Source: Escherichia phage SRT8
Direction: 5' to 3' (one strand)
Sequence record: MF996376
DNA length: 49,579 nt
Positions within the stretch are counted from its first letter, which is position 1. Each line of letters starts with the position of its first letter. The translations under genes and the position numbers were made by a program. The notes under the pieces are model-generated. The model searched no databases. It saw only the letters and a program-made list of their open reading frames with translations, and was not told where the DNA came from. This document shows positions 35,040-43,666 of this stretch, piece after piece.

Positions 35040-35318
35040 TTTAATCCATTCGCCTTTAATAATAAAGTCAGTGAACGCGTCAACCTTAGCGCCGCCACCA
35101 CAATTAAGCGGGTAGCTCCCTGTCGCGTCGTAAAAGTCCGCCAGGCGTTCGGCTATCCAGTTCATGAAACGCGCGTTACGTGACGCTACAGTGCCTTCGT
35201 ATGCTTGCTTAAATCCAAGTGCGGTTACGAATGCGATAAAGCGTTTTTGATAACCGGGCATCGCTTGCACGTTGGCGGCGAAGGCGTGTTGAAATTCAGT
35301 GCGGGTAAAGTTGTTCAT
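35037..35318 (-). CDS. Hypothetical protein
   Basis: Start at the ATG behind the cassette leader. Confidence 0.4.
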   Translation of the reverse strand: MNNFTRTEFQHAFAANVQAMPGYQKRFIAFVTALGFKQAYEGTVASRNARFMNWIAERLADFYDATGSYPLNCGGGAKVDAFTDFIIKGEWIK

Positions 35319-35376
35319 CCTGATAGGTTCCGTTGTCGTTGTCGATGTGTGCATTATGCCCGACTCCGTGCCGGGC

Positions 35377-35396
35377 TTTTTAGCAATTCGTGCTAT
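35377..35396 (-). promoter_or_regulatory. Palindromic element cassette
   Basis: ATAGCACGAATTGCTAAAA plus hairpin GCCCGGCAC/GGAGTCGGGC. Confidence 0.55.
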
Positions 35397-35986
35397 TCTG
35401 CGACTTCTTCGTTTTTACCTCTCAGGGCTTCGACGTGATTTCGAAATTCTTCTAGCAATTGCCTTGCCGTCGATAACTCTTCGTCGTCGTACTTCGTGAA
35501 GTCGGGAACCCACAACGCCAGCGCATTAAATCGAACCGTGTCGATATGCTCACCAGATTGAACAGAATCAGCCTGGACAACCGGAACCGCTTTCGCCTTA
35601 CGTGTGCGGGCGGGCTTCTCGATCGGTTCGTCAGACAGCGTGACCGACACTAAGATTTCGTCGTCTTCATCCCGGCTAAGTGAGATCGCACAATCAAAGC
35701 CAGCTTTCGCAACGTGGCGCTTGATAGTCGGCGCGATGTACGGCGATTTCATCTTCAGGCGCAACAGGCCGTTGTACTGATCCCGGAAGACTCGCGCGTC
35801 GTCGTCCAATTCGTCTTCAGTGCGGGTGACGCCGTGTTCCTCATACTGCAACCGGGCGGCTTCAATCAGCATTTGCAATTCGGTGAAGCTGAATTCCCGT
35901 TCGCCAGCCTGAATCTTCAGCGTGACGATGTGGCGAAGCATTGCGGCGATGTTCGGTTCATTTGCGGAAGGTAGTTTAGTTGACAT
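35393..35986 (-). CDS. First gene of the leftward early operon; acidic hypothetical protein
   Basis: 197 aa, Asp/Glu-rich; strong RBS directly next to the AT-rich hub. Confidence 0.5.
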   Translation of the reverse strand: MSTKLPSANEPNIAAMLRHIVTLKIQAGEREFSFTELQMLIEAARLQYEEHGVTRTEDELDDDARVFRDQYNGLLRLKMKSPYIAPTIKRHVAKAGFDCAISLSRDEDDEILVSVTLSDEPIEKPARTRKAKAVPVVQADSVQSGEHIDTVRFNALALWVPDFTKYDDEELSTARQLLEEFRNHVEALRGKNEEVAE

Positions 35987-36429
35987 GGTTGTTTCTCCTG
36001 ATTGGTTTATGCAGACTTAGACAAAGATTGCACGTTGTATAAGCGCGTAATAATATCTTATTTTTTTGCTTTAGACAACACAATCCAGTAGCGACGCGCG
36101 TCACAAGGCTGTAAACATGCTTGTATAAGATGTATAAGATGTAAGCCCCCATAGAGATATTTAAGCATATGCGCATAAAACACTGTATATATACACAGAA
36201 AATCGCAATATATCAAATTTCACCCTTACATATAATACAAGTTTGACACGCTCTATATACAACAGCGTTTCTACTATATAAAAGCTAATTTAAAACTTAT
36301 TATTATTATATATATCATATAGTTAGCGCTAAACAGGCAGCTCCATGGGGTTGCTCACTTTTGCACCAATTTGTCTAAGTGACAAATCTAGCAAATTTTA
36401 GACAAGGATTACAAGCGTAATTTAGACAC

Positions 36430-36449
36430 GTAGCACGAATTGCTAAAAG
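36430..36449 (+). promoter_or_regulatory. Orphan palindromic element cassette (motif plus hairpin with TATAAC) not followed by a gene
   Basis: gTAGCACGAATTGCTAAAAg then GGGGA...TCCCC hairpin; no ATG with RBS downstream. Confidence 0.45.
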
Positions 36450-36623
36450 TTGGAGGGGAAGACCGTTTCACTCTATAACCTCTCCCCATTTTAATGCTTC
36501 ACAAGCAACAATCATCGCGATTGCGAACAATCACGCAATAATCATAACTTGTCATTTGCAATCATGAGTAATCACTCATTATTCCAGTTATTCCAATCTG
36601 AAGGAATAATCGTATCGGATCAG

Positions 36624-36642
36624 GAATAGCACTTTTTGCAAC
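36624..36642 (+). promoter_or_regulatory. Palindromic element cassette for the first rightward early gene
   Basis: AATAGCACTTTTTGCAACA, then TGgTATAGT, then leader ATCGAAACGAAGGAGA. Confidence 0.55.
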
Positions 36643-36698
36643 ACATCTGGCGGGTAGAGTTGGTATAGTTACTTCATCGAAACGAAGGAGATACAGAA

Positions 36699-36989
36699 AT
36701 GACCACTATCAGCAAAACGACAATCAACTTTGCACGCAAGCGCGGTTTAGACGTTACGATCGAGAACGTTGGCGAAGGTGACTTTATGGCGGTGTGGGAT
36801 CTGAATAATGATTGCGAATGGATGTTCACATATCAGGTCAATGATAACGGTTCATTCACTTATAACGGTAATGTGTGGTTGCCGGAAGATTTGAAAGAAG
36901 AGTTGCCCGGCACACTGAAAGATGAAAAGCACGTTCGCGAAATGCTGGCTTACATCGGCGCTAACCGTCACTTGTGGAAAGACTTATGA
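36699..36989 (+). CDS. Hypothetical protein (first rightward early gene)
   Basis: ORF with AAGGAG RBS. Confidence 0.5.
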   Translation: MTTISKTTINFARKRGLDVTIENVGEGDFMAVWDLNNDCEWMFTYQVNDNGSFTYNGNVWLPEDLKEELPGTLKDEKHVREMLAYIGANRHLWKDL

Positions 36990-37129
36990 TTCGCAGACTA
37001 AGGAATGCAATCGGCATTCACCTTAACGCGATCGAAGCGATGGGGTACGAAGTAGACGTCCGGGAGTTTAATCACCACTACAACCGGATCGAGGCGATAG
37101 AAAAACTTTTAGAACAGATGGAGAAATGA
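36986..37129 (+). CDS. Hypothetical small protein (47 aa), below the ORF-track cutoff
   Basis: ATGA overlap with both flanking genes. Confidence 0.35.
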   Translation: MIRRLRNAIGIHLNAIEAMGYEVDVREFNHHYNRIEAIEKLLEQMEK

Positions 37130-37314
37130 CAGTGAAGATCTTAAAGCGATTCACCAATAAAGGGCAGTGCAAGACACTTGCCGATACCGTAGAACGCAAG
37201 GTCGATTTCTATACTGACAACCTGTTTCGCTTTTGGGGCGATCCGTTTAGCAATCGCGATTTCCTTATTTGGGAAAAGCTGAAGCAATGGCGTAAAACGT
37301 TTTGCGGGTACTAA
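37126..37314 (+). CDS. Hypothetical protein
   Basis: ORF; translational coupling. Confidence 0.45.
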   Translation: MTVKILKRFTNKGQCKTLADTVERKVDFYTDNLFRFWGDPFSNRDFLIWEKLKQWRKTFCGY

Positions 37315-37335
37315 ATAGCACTTTTTGTTAAAACA
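37313..37335 (+). promoter_or_regulatory. Palindromic element cassette
   Basis: AAATAGCACTTTTTGTTAAAA then hairpin GGGGT...ACCCC. Confidence 0.5.
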
Positions 37336-37393
37336 CAATAGGGGTGGTGTGGCATCATTACCCCATCGCAAACGAGACAAGAGGATCACAAGC

Positions 37394-37666
37394 ATGGGAC
37401 AGAATAAGACCGTTACCGAATCAGTGGAATACATCGCCGTTATGACTCTTCGCCCGGACACTATCGCGGTGCAATGCCTTAGCAACAAACAACCCGTTTA
37501 CGTGCCGCGCGACGAAGACGTCGTAGAGTTCTTGACCGATCCGAACTTCCTGTCGTTAATGGAGAAAGTGACCGATCATTACCGCTACGACGACAGAAGT
37601 TTAACGATGGTTCGTCTTGTGGTGAAAGAACGCAAAATCCGCACAACCACGGAGATAATCGAATGA
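37394..37666 (+). CDS. Hypothetical protein
   Basis: ATG behind the cassette leader. Confidence 0.45.
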   Translation: MGQNKTVTESVEYIAVMTLRPDTIAVQCLSNKQPVYVPRDEDVVEFLTDPNFLSLMEKVTDHYRYDDRSLTMVRLVVKERKIRTTTEIIE

Positions 37667-37851
37667 AGAAACAATACCGCGTCGTTGCAAAGAGTCGCGC
37701 AACCGGGAAGGAGTCAGTTTGCTATGCAGGTGATAGCGCCAGCCTTGCGACCGACACTTACGACGACCTGTTGAAGCGCAAAATGTTTATGGAAGATTTC
37801 AAGATCCGGCTTGAAATTATGGAACCCGTAATCGTCATGGAATCCGACTAA
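37663..37851 (+). CDS. Hypothetical protein
   Basis: ORF; coupled. Confidence 0.45.
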   Translation: MKKQYRVVAKSRATGKESVCYAGDSASLATDTYDDLLKRKMFMEDFKIRLEIMEPVIVMESD

Positions 37852-38076
37852 ATGAGAAAGCAAGTAACTTGCCGTTGTCGCGCGTATGACTTCCCGCATA
37901 GATTCGGCGGCGGACGTTGTAACGGGATCGCTATTGTCGAACAGCATTTTCCCGGTTCACTTTGCGGCAGTTGCTTGCTGTTTAACGATGGGTGCGAAGT
38001 CCTCAAAGGACAGGAAAGCCCGTGCGAATGTATGTACGTTCAAGACTTCATCGAATATCAGGAGATTAAATTATGA
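37852..38076 (+). CDS. Hypothetical Cys-rich (possible zinc-binding) protein
   Basis: Ten Cys in 74 aa. Confidence 0.45.
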   Translation: MRKQVTCRCRAYDFPHRFGGGRCNGIAIVEQHFPGSLCGSCLLFNDGCEVLKGQESPCECMYVQDFIEYQEIKL

Positions 38077-38399
38077 TCGGCAAATTGTACGAAATCAACG
38101 TCAAGCGCCTGATTGGTTGGGGCGGAAGCATTTCCGACGCTGTATTGAAAGCTGGCGAAGATTTACAGCCGCACGTATTGGAGCGAGCGAGGGCGGCGGC
38201 ATTACGAAAAGTTGGTGCTGATTTCGAAGATCGTGTGAAATACGTCTACACCGACAGCGCACGAATCCTTATCGACGAACCGACAGGCGAAGAGATTATC
38301 CGCTTCAGTCCTTTGCAGCATAACAGCTACGAAGATATGAAGAAGACCGGGAGAGTGATTTTATCAGTTCAATACGCGACGTGGGACAATAAGCAATGA
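38073..38399 (+). CDS. Hypothetical protein
   Basis: ORF; coupled. Confidence 0.45.
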   Translation: MIGKLYEINVKRLIGWGGSISDAVLKAGEDLQPHVLERARAAALRKVGADFEDRVKYVYTDSARILIDEPTGEEIIRFSPLQHNSYEDMKKTGRVILSVQYATWDNKQ

Positions 38400-38551
38400 T
38401 TCGATATTACAACCACGAAACGAAATCATGGTATGTAATCGTAGGTCAACATGTACGCCGCTTAATGAAAGATGGTAGTTGGATTATCTCAGATCGCTAT
38501 AGTGTCGCCGACGTTGCGCATTATCCATTTACCTGGCATCGCGTCAAATAG
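38396..38551 (+). CDS. Hypothetical small protein (51 aa)
   Basis: ATGA overlap; its TAG stop lies in the next palindromic element. Confidence 0.35.
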   Translation: MIRYYNHETKSWYVIVGQHVRRLMKDGSWIISDRYSVADVAHYPFTWHRVK

Positions 38552-38566
38552 CACAAATTGCTAAAA
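38546..38566 (+). promoter_or_regulatory. Palindromic element cassette
   Basis: AAATAGCACAAATTGCTAAAA, hairpin GGGGTA...TACCCC, TGtTATAGT, leader. Confidence 0.55.
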
Positions 38567-38620
38567 CAACGACGGGGTATCTTGTTATAGTTACCCCATC
38601 GAAACGAAGGAGAAATAACA

Positions 38621-38845
38621 ATGAGTATCAAGATTGAAAATATTCTTAAGCACTACGCAGCAAAAGGGAAAGTAATTGTAAAACTGGATCGCGCGGCTGG
38701 ATATCATCAAATCACCATTAACAAAAGCCGTAGCGGTAATAACGTAGTCGGCACTATTCCGGGCGCTCGTTTAGTAAACGCAACAATGGCGGACGTTCGC
38801 GCCATGCTTGAAACTAACTCAATCTACATTAATTCGTGGGGTTAA
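38621..38845 (+). CDS. Hypothetical protein
   Basis: ORF with AAGGAGA RBS. Confidence 0.45.
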   Translation: MSIKIENILKHYAAKGKVIVKLDRAAGYHQITINKSRSGNNVVGTIPGARLVNATMADVRAMLETNSIYINSWG

Positions 38846-38848
38846 TCG

Positions 38849-39058
38849 ATGGAACAAGATAACTTTTGGACTCGTTATTTTACCGCGCTTTACGCTGGAT
38901 TGAATCGCGAATTTTGCTTGAAGGTGGCATATAAAGAAATGTCGCTAGATGAAGCGTTAGGCGATATGAACATGGACGACGAAAGCGAATTCGATCCGAA
39001 TTTCGTCATGACGGCGGAAGACAATTCCATCCCCGGCAAAGATTATATTCCGTGGTAA
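38849..39058 (+). CDS. Hypothetical acidic protein
   Basis: ORF. Confidence 0.4.
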   Translation: MEQDNFWTRYFTALYAGLNREFCLKVAYKEMSLDEALGDMNMDDESEFDPNFVMTAEDNSIPGKDYIPW

Positions 39059-39080
39059 ATAGCACGATTTGTTAATATTG
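39059..39080 (+). promoter_or_regulatory. Palindromic element cassette, variant B
   Basis: AATAGCACGATTTGTTAATA, then TGaTAAAGT within an inverted repeat. Confidence 0.45.
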
Positions 39081-39140
39081 CCGCAAGGTCATTTGATAAA
39101 GTGGCCTTATTCAAGATAACCAATCAGAAGGAATTACCCG

Positions 39141-39554
39141 ATGAAAACTATTAAACTGAAATGTACCCATTCCATTACAAAAACCTTCCAGACCAACAAC
39201 CTGATCACGGCAAAGGTTGACGACGAAGGAAATATTTATACCGGAAAAGGCAAGGCTAAAATATGGTTATCAGTCGGCGTTTCTGGTGAAATATTTTGCG
39301 ACGTAGCCGGGATTATCGCCGCGACTTTCATTGAACTGAAAACTAAAACGCTGAAGTGTACCGGGCTTGACCACAAAAACCCGGTTAAGAAATCGTTCAC
39401 TGTCGGCAAGCGATATCAAGTGGAAAGCGGACGCGCGTTAGGTGGCGTCGCGGGATACATATTCGATAAGGACGGCTGTCGATGGACACTCTTTCGTGAA
39501 GACGTCGGCTTCAGCATTGCGGACGGAACCACTTTCGAAGCGAAGTACCTGTAA
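39141..39554 (+). CDS. Hypothetical protein
   Basis: 137-aa ORF. Confidence 0.45.
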   Translation: MKTIKLKCTHSITKTFQTNNLITAKVDDEGNIYTGKGKAKIWLSVGVSGEIFCDVAGIIAATFIELKTKTLKCTGLDHKNPVKKSFTVGKRYQVESGRALGGVAGYIFDKDGCRWTLFREDVGFSIADGTTFEAKYL

Positions 39555-39556
39555 CA

Positions 39557-39578
39557 AATAGCACTTATTGCTAAAAGC
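39557..39578 (+). promoter_or_regulatory. Palindromic element cassette
   Basis: AAATAGCACTTATTGCTAAAAG, hairpin GGGGTA-taatc-TACCCC, leader AAGGAGA. Confidence 0.55.
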
Positions 39579-39629
39579 GTGTAGTATGGGCGGGGTATAA
39601 TCTACCCCGTTCAATAAGGAGATCTAGAA

Positions 39630-41195
39630 ATGCTTTTCGGTAAACCTAAACTTTCAGTTAGTCAAATCATTGAAATCGCAAATACGAACGGGATTAACCC
39701 GGTCGCGTTAGCCATTCGTGAGAACGGCTATCCTGATTCTCGATCGTTCTGGAGTCAGCCGGAACAGATTAACAGCGGAAACGATCAATTCCCGCTTATC
39801 TCTATTGCTGGCGACAACATCGTTTACGAATACGCGAAAGCAAAGGCTGAATCCGTCCAATTCCCTGTTTCGTCTGCCTACGCGCATTTTATCGGCTGTA
39901 TGTCCGCCGCCATGCTGGGGCGCTTTTGGGTGGAGTATCACGGCGAAGAACAACCTACCGCGCTTTACATGGTAATTAGCCAGCCGCCGTCTACTGGTAA
40001 ATCTGCGATTAACTCCGCCGCGATTAACCCAATGCGATCCGAAATTGACCGCATTAACGAAGCACGAAAGGCCGAACGTTCGCGCCTGATGGGGCAACTT
40101 CGCAACGTCGAACGCGAGATCAAGAACGACGTAAAAGGCAATTCAGCCGTAGCGCTTTACGAAGAAAAAGAGAAGTTAGAAGAGAAGATCAAGAAAATGG
40201 CTAACGTCGTGTTTGCTGTATCCGATCCAACTCCTGAAGGCTTGGCGAAGGTTGCAGCCGCGCAAGGTAACTTCTCCGTAATCTCGGACGAAGCAACGGC
40301 GATAAATACGCTTCTTGGCTTGACGTATGGCGGAACCGACAAGAAGGCGAACAGTGAACTAATCCTTAAAGCGTGGGATATGAACCACATGGAAGTAGCG
40401 CGTTCCAATCAGGATAACAACCTGTCGATTCGTCCCGTTGGCGCGATCTGCGTTATTGCTCAGGATGAAACTATACGCGGGATTATGGACGCCGGGCAAC
40501 GTGGGATCGGGGTATCGGAACGTTTCTTGCTAGTTCGTGAAGAGCCGTTGTTAGGTACGCGCACACTTTGCGACGAAAACGGCGACGCGGTATATAAGCC
40601 AGTAGAGCAATCGTTAGTTAGCAAATATTATCGCTTGATTCACAATATCATGAAGGAAGAGAAAGTCGTATTCACGCTAAACCGGAACGCGAACCGGGCG
40701 CTTAACTTGGCGCGTCAGGAAATGGAATCCAGCTTCGCGGCGGGCGGGCGTTATTCGCACTCTATGTTACGCGGTCATTTAGGCAAGTTCGATAAACACG
40801 TTATCCGTATCGCTTCAGTGCTTCACGCGATCCGTAACTGGACAGGTGAAAACCCGAACCGGGCAAACCGTGAGATCGATTTAGACACAATGCAGGAAGC
40901 GATCATGATATTCAACGAACTGTCGAAAACGTATCTGTCGTCGGCGAACGCGGCGGGCTTTGCAGGTGACGAAGCCGAATCCCGCAAGCTGTCGGAAGTG
41001 ATTACGGAAATGGCGCGTCGTTCAAAAGGTCGTGTACAGATCCACAGCCTGATTTCGAAGTGTCGCAACATTACCCCGTTCAACGGACAACAGAAGGTCG
41101 GCGAACGTATCGAAACGCTGTTGATTGAGTTAGAGCGAATGAACCATGTTTGCGTAGTTGACGACGTTGTTTATGTGAATCCATGTTTCCTATAA
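39630..41195 (+). CDS. P-loop ATPase, putative primase/helicase-type replication protein
   Basis: Walker A-like SQPPSTGKS; 521 aa; largest early gene. Confidence 0.5.
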   Translation: MLFGKPKLSVSQIIEIANTNGINPVALAIRENGYPDSRSFWSQPEQINSGNDQFPLISIAGDNIVYEYAKAKAESVQFPVSSAYAHFIGCMSAAMLGRFWVEYHGEEQPTALYMVISQPPSTGKSAINSAAINPMRSEIDRINEARKAERSRLMGQLRNVEREIKNDVKGNSAVALYEEKEKLEEKIKKMANVVFAVSDPTPEGLAKVAAAQGNFSVISDEATAINTLLGLTYGGTDKKANSELILKAWDMNHMEVARSNQDNNLSIRPVGAICVIAQDETIRGIMDAGQRGIGVSERFLLVREEPLLGTRTLCDENGDAVYKPVEQSLVSKYYRLIHNIMKEEKVVFTLNRNANRALNLARQEMESSFAAGGRYSHSMLRGHLGKFDKHVIRIASVLHAIRNWTGENPNRANREIDLDTMQEAIMIFNELSKTYLSSANAAGFAGDEAESRKLSEVITEMARRSKGRVQIHSLISKCRNITPFNGQQKVGERIETLLIELERMNHVCVVDDVVYVNPCFL

Positions 41196-41201
41196 GGTGA
41201 A

Positions 41202-41606
41202 ATGATGATGCTGTTACTTGAACTGTTTAAATTCTGCGAAGGTTACGATCGGTACACGCGACAGCACATCGCGAAATTCATATTCCAGCATAAGGAATCC
41301 GAAAGAATGGCGGCGGCGGCTGGGTTGCCGCATCGCGAATTCGTTAGCCTAATGTCGAAAGAGTTTTGCGCCCGGTGCATGACTGAAGGTTATTTAGATT
41401 GCATCAAAGGAGAGTATTTTTGCAAAGGGCGTTTAAAGCGCCCGCTAATGATGAAGCTCGTTTGCGTGGAAGGTTACGCGAACAGATACAATTATGAAAT
41501 GATGCACATTGAGGAATTGAGTGATGAAGATTTGTTCGGGAAAGGTCGAAATGTTGATAGATCGGAGCGTCGAATTTTGCGCAACGCACCAGCTTTCAGA
41601 AGATGA
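41202..41606 (+). CDS. Hypothetical Cys-rich protein
   Basis: ORF with AAGGTG RBS. Confidence 0.4.
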   Translation: MMMLLLELFKFCEGYDRYTRQHIAKFIFQHKESERMAAAAGLPHREFVSLMSKEFCARCMTEGYLDCIKGEYFCKGRLKRPLMMKLVCVEGYANRYNYEMMHIEELSDEDLFGKGRNVDRSERRILRNAPAFRR

Positions 41607-41724
41607 ATTCAACACGGCGCTAATGTCTCTTCTGTTGTCTTCGATGCGGGCGTCCGGTGAAACGTGTCACAATCTGGCGGACGGCGACGGCGTTTGCATA
41701 TTGAGCGTGACGCGATACCAATAG
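41551..41724 (+). CDS. Hypothetical small protein overlapping the previous gene
   Basis: ATG with AAAGG RBS; overlap of about 55 nt. Confidence 0.3.
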   Translation: MLIDRSVEFCATHQLSEDEFNTALMSLLLSSMRASGETCHNLADGDGVCILSVTRYQ

Positions 41725-41740
41725 CACTTTTTGTTAAAAC
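41720..41740 (+). promoter_or_regulatory. Palindromic element cassette
   Basis: ATAGCACTTTTTGTTAAAA then hairpin TACCC...GGGTA. Confidence 0.5.
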
Positions 41741-41794
41741 TACCCGGTTAATTCAGGGTATTATCATTTCATAGAAACAAAAGTAGAAAGAAAA

Positions 41795-42043
41795 ATGGCT
41801 ACTTACCGCGTTAACTTCAAATCAAATGCCCGCACCGACGAACGCAAAGTCGAAACTGTTACAATCCCGGATTGCGTACCGTTTGCAGCACGTAACCGCG
41901 CGATTTGCGCAACGTTAAACGTAATGGGATACGACTTCGCAGCCGATCCGATTATCGTTACTAAGGCGGTAACAATCCACGCCGTAGAATGCGGAATCCC
42001 TGATGAAGTGAAGGTCGCGGAAAGTATCGACATTCTCGCATAA
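41795..42043 (+). CDS. Hypothetical protein (last rightward early gene)
   Basis: ORF; followed by a bidirectional terminator. Confidence 0.45.
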   Translation: MATYRVNFKSNARTDERKVETVTIPDCVPFAARNRAICATLNVMGYDFAADPIIVTKAVTIHAVECGIPDEVKVAESIDILA

Positions 42044-42071
42044 AAAAGGAGGCTTTAAGCCTCCTTATTTT
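42042..42071. terminator. Bidirectional intrinsic terminator (AAAAAA-GGAGGCTT-TAAG-CCTCC-TTATTTT)
   Basis: Hairpin flanked by A- and T-runs between convergent genes. Confidence 0.7.
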
Positions 42072-42459
42072 GTTTCCTGTAACTGATTGACCACAACAGC
42101 CCCGCACAAATCAACCACGCCGCAATCATGCCGCCACCGAACCAGAATACAGCGCCTTCGCTACCGTTGTTTACTTCGATGCGTTCCGCCTGAATGGTTC
42201 CGGCCTTAATGCTTTCCGTCTTCTTAGTGGAGGAATCCACCTTGCCGACGTTGGAATCTTTGACCGACGTTTCGTTCTTCTGATCCTGTTTAGCTGTCAG
42301 GCCGACAGTCTGTTTTACGTTCTCCGCGCCGACTTGCGCCGTCACATCTGGCTTATTACCAATCAGGGAATCCAGCGGATTCATTGAACAGCCCGACAGC
42401 ACGATCGCGGGTAATGTAATGCACAATGCGCAAAATGTTGCTAATGCAAAATCTTTCAT
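42055..42459 (-). CDS. Unimolecular spanin (outer-membrane lipoprotein with C-terminal transmembrane domain)
   Basis: Lipobox LSGC after signal peptide, C-terminal [18 protein letters not shown] helix; last gene of lysis cassette. Confidence 0.65.
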   Translation of the reverse strand: MKDFALATFCALCITLPAIVLSGCSMNPLDSLIGNKPDVTAQVGAENVKQTVGLTAKQDQKNETSVKDSNVGKVDSSTKKTESIKAGTIQAERIEVNNGSEGAVFWFGGGMIAAWLICAGLLWSISYRKQNKEA

Positions 42460-42953
42460 TTCGTTAACTCCTTCATGCAGAATTTATATTCAATGTCGCG
42501 ACGGTTTTTAAGGCCGCGTGACTTTTCCATTTTTCCGGTTTTCGGATTGTAGAAGTAAACCCAATCATAAAGACGCGAACAAGCCTTCGTGAATCGCCCG
42601 GCGTTGACGTCTTTTAGTAAGGTTGATTTACGGAATGCCCCGCCTCCAACGTTGAACGTGAAGCTATACAGAGCCGCCCGCATGGTATCAGGAATCGGCA
42701 CTTTTACAGCGCTATCAACGTGCCGCTTCGCTACTTCGATGTGTTTGTAAAGTAGCGCGTCGCACTCTTTCTTCGTGTACGTCTTGCCTAAAATAACATC
42801 CTTCCCGGTAATGCCAGAACAGACCGTCCAGATCCCGGCGATATCCTTGTACGGCTTGTACCGGATGCCTTCGATTTCCTCAAGCAAGCCCGGCACAAGA
42901 ACAAGGGCGGCGGAAATTACTGTCGCCGCTACAGTGTTCTTGATTGCGCTCAT
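42456..42953 (-). CDS. Endolysin (T4-lysozyme-like muramidase), probably signal-anchor-release type
   Basis: Catalytic region [22 protein letters not shown] (Glu, 8 aa, Asp, 5 aa, Thr pattern) after a weakly hydrophobic N-terminal segment. Confidence 0.75.
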   Translation of the reverse strand: MSAIKNTVAATVISAALVLVPGLLEEIEGIRYKPYKDIAGIWTVCSGITGKDVILGKTYTKKECDALLYKHIEVAKRHVDSAVKVPIPDTMRAALYSFTFNVGGGAFRKSTLLKDVNAGRFTKACSRLYDWVYFYNPKTGKMEKSRGLKNRRDIEYKFCMKELTK

Positions 42954-42955
42954 AG

Positions 42956-43171
42956 TTATTTATTCCGAATGTTGATTGCCGTTTTCAGATCTCCGGCGTC
43001 GATAGCCGCGCGGATAGCCTTGCTGTCGCGGTACTTCCAGTAAGCGCCCCAAACGCCGAAGCCTAAGAAACAAACGAAGGTTAGCCCGGCGATAACAAGC
43101 TGTCCTGTTGCCGCGCTAGTGATTGCAGCGCCGCCAGTGCCGGACGTTGCAGCGTGAATAAAGTCTTTCAT
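42956..43171 (-). CDS. Holin (small membrane protein, possible pinholin)
   Basis: 71 aa with hydrophobic helices, directly upstream of the endolysin; start taken at ATG 43171 (track start is GTG). Confidence 0.55.
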   Translation of the reverse strand: MKDFIHAATSGTGGAAITSAATGQLVIAGLTFVCFLGFGVWGAYWKYRDSKAIRAAIDAGDLKTAINIRNK

Positions 43172-43293
43172 GAAATACCCCACAATAAAGTTTTAAGTTA
43201 GTGGGGATATAATAACGGAAGGTGGGCAGGAAAGGAACAGCACAAAAAGGAGGCATAAAGCCCCCTTTAGGATAGTGATTTGATTTGTATCAG

Positions 43294-43470
43294 TTATTTG
43301 ACAACAACGAATTCAAGATAATGTCCGCTTAACGGCGCTTGAATTGCCGATCCTTTGCCGTCGTAGATCTCATAAATCCCGCCGCCGTGGTGATAGCCGA
43401 TCGAATAGATTTCGTTAACGTGGAACGGTAAAGATTTAGAGTCGTTGCGAATACACTTAACGCGAGTCAT
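43294..43470 (-). CDS. Hypothetical small protein (58 aa), below the ORF-track cutoff
   Basis: ATG-initiated ORF between the peptide gene and holin. Confidence 0.3.
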   Translation of the reverse strand: MTRVKCIRNDSKSLPFHVNEIYSIGYHHGGGIYEIYDGKGSAIQAPLSGHYLEFVVVK

Positions 43471-43480
43471 GTTGTTTTCC

Positions 43481-43588
43481 TTAAAATCCGTTGAAGTTGC
43501 CAGCTAAAGACAGAACCCACAAGAAGAACCCGGTAACAGCTACGCCAGCAACGAAAGGTACTACGGTTTTGATGATGAAGTCTTTCAT
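43481..43588 (-). CDS. Small hydrophobic peptide (35 aa), possible membrane-active or lysis-timing peptide
   Basis: MKDFIIKTVVPFVAGVAVTGFFLWVLSLAGNFNGF behind a full cassette. Confidence 0.35.
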   Translation of the reverse strand: MKDFIIKTVVPFVAGVAVTGFFLWVLSLAGNFNGF

Positions 43589-43644
43589 TTGTCTATCTCC
43601 TTTGTTTTGATGGGGTAACTATAACTCGTTACCCCGCGTTTGTC

Positions 43645-43666
43645 TTTAGCTATTCGTGCTATTTAT
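43645..43666 (-). promoter_or_regulatory. Palindromic element cassette
   Basis: AAATAGCACGAATAGCTAAAG, hairpin GGGGTAAC/GTTACCCC, TATAGT, leader. Confidence 0.55.

Larger units (their letters stand above)
35987..36698. other. AT-rich divergent control hub between the leftward and rightward early operons
   Basis: No credible ORF; ttagacaa-like repeats, TTA tracts, blocks shared with 5600-6147, dense inverted repeats at 36480-36620. Confidence 0.6.

Noticed and set aside
41202-41724. Programmed frameshift joining the two overlapping ORFs
   Set aside because: No slippery heptamer in the overlap, and the downstream ORF has its own ATG with an AAAGG RBS; ordinary overlapping genes are the simpler reading.
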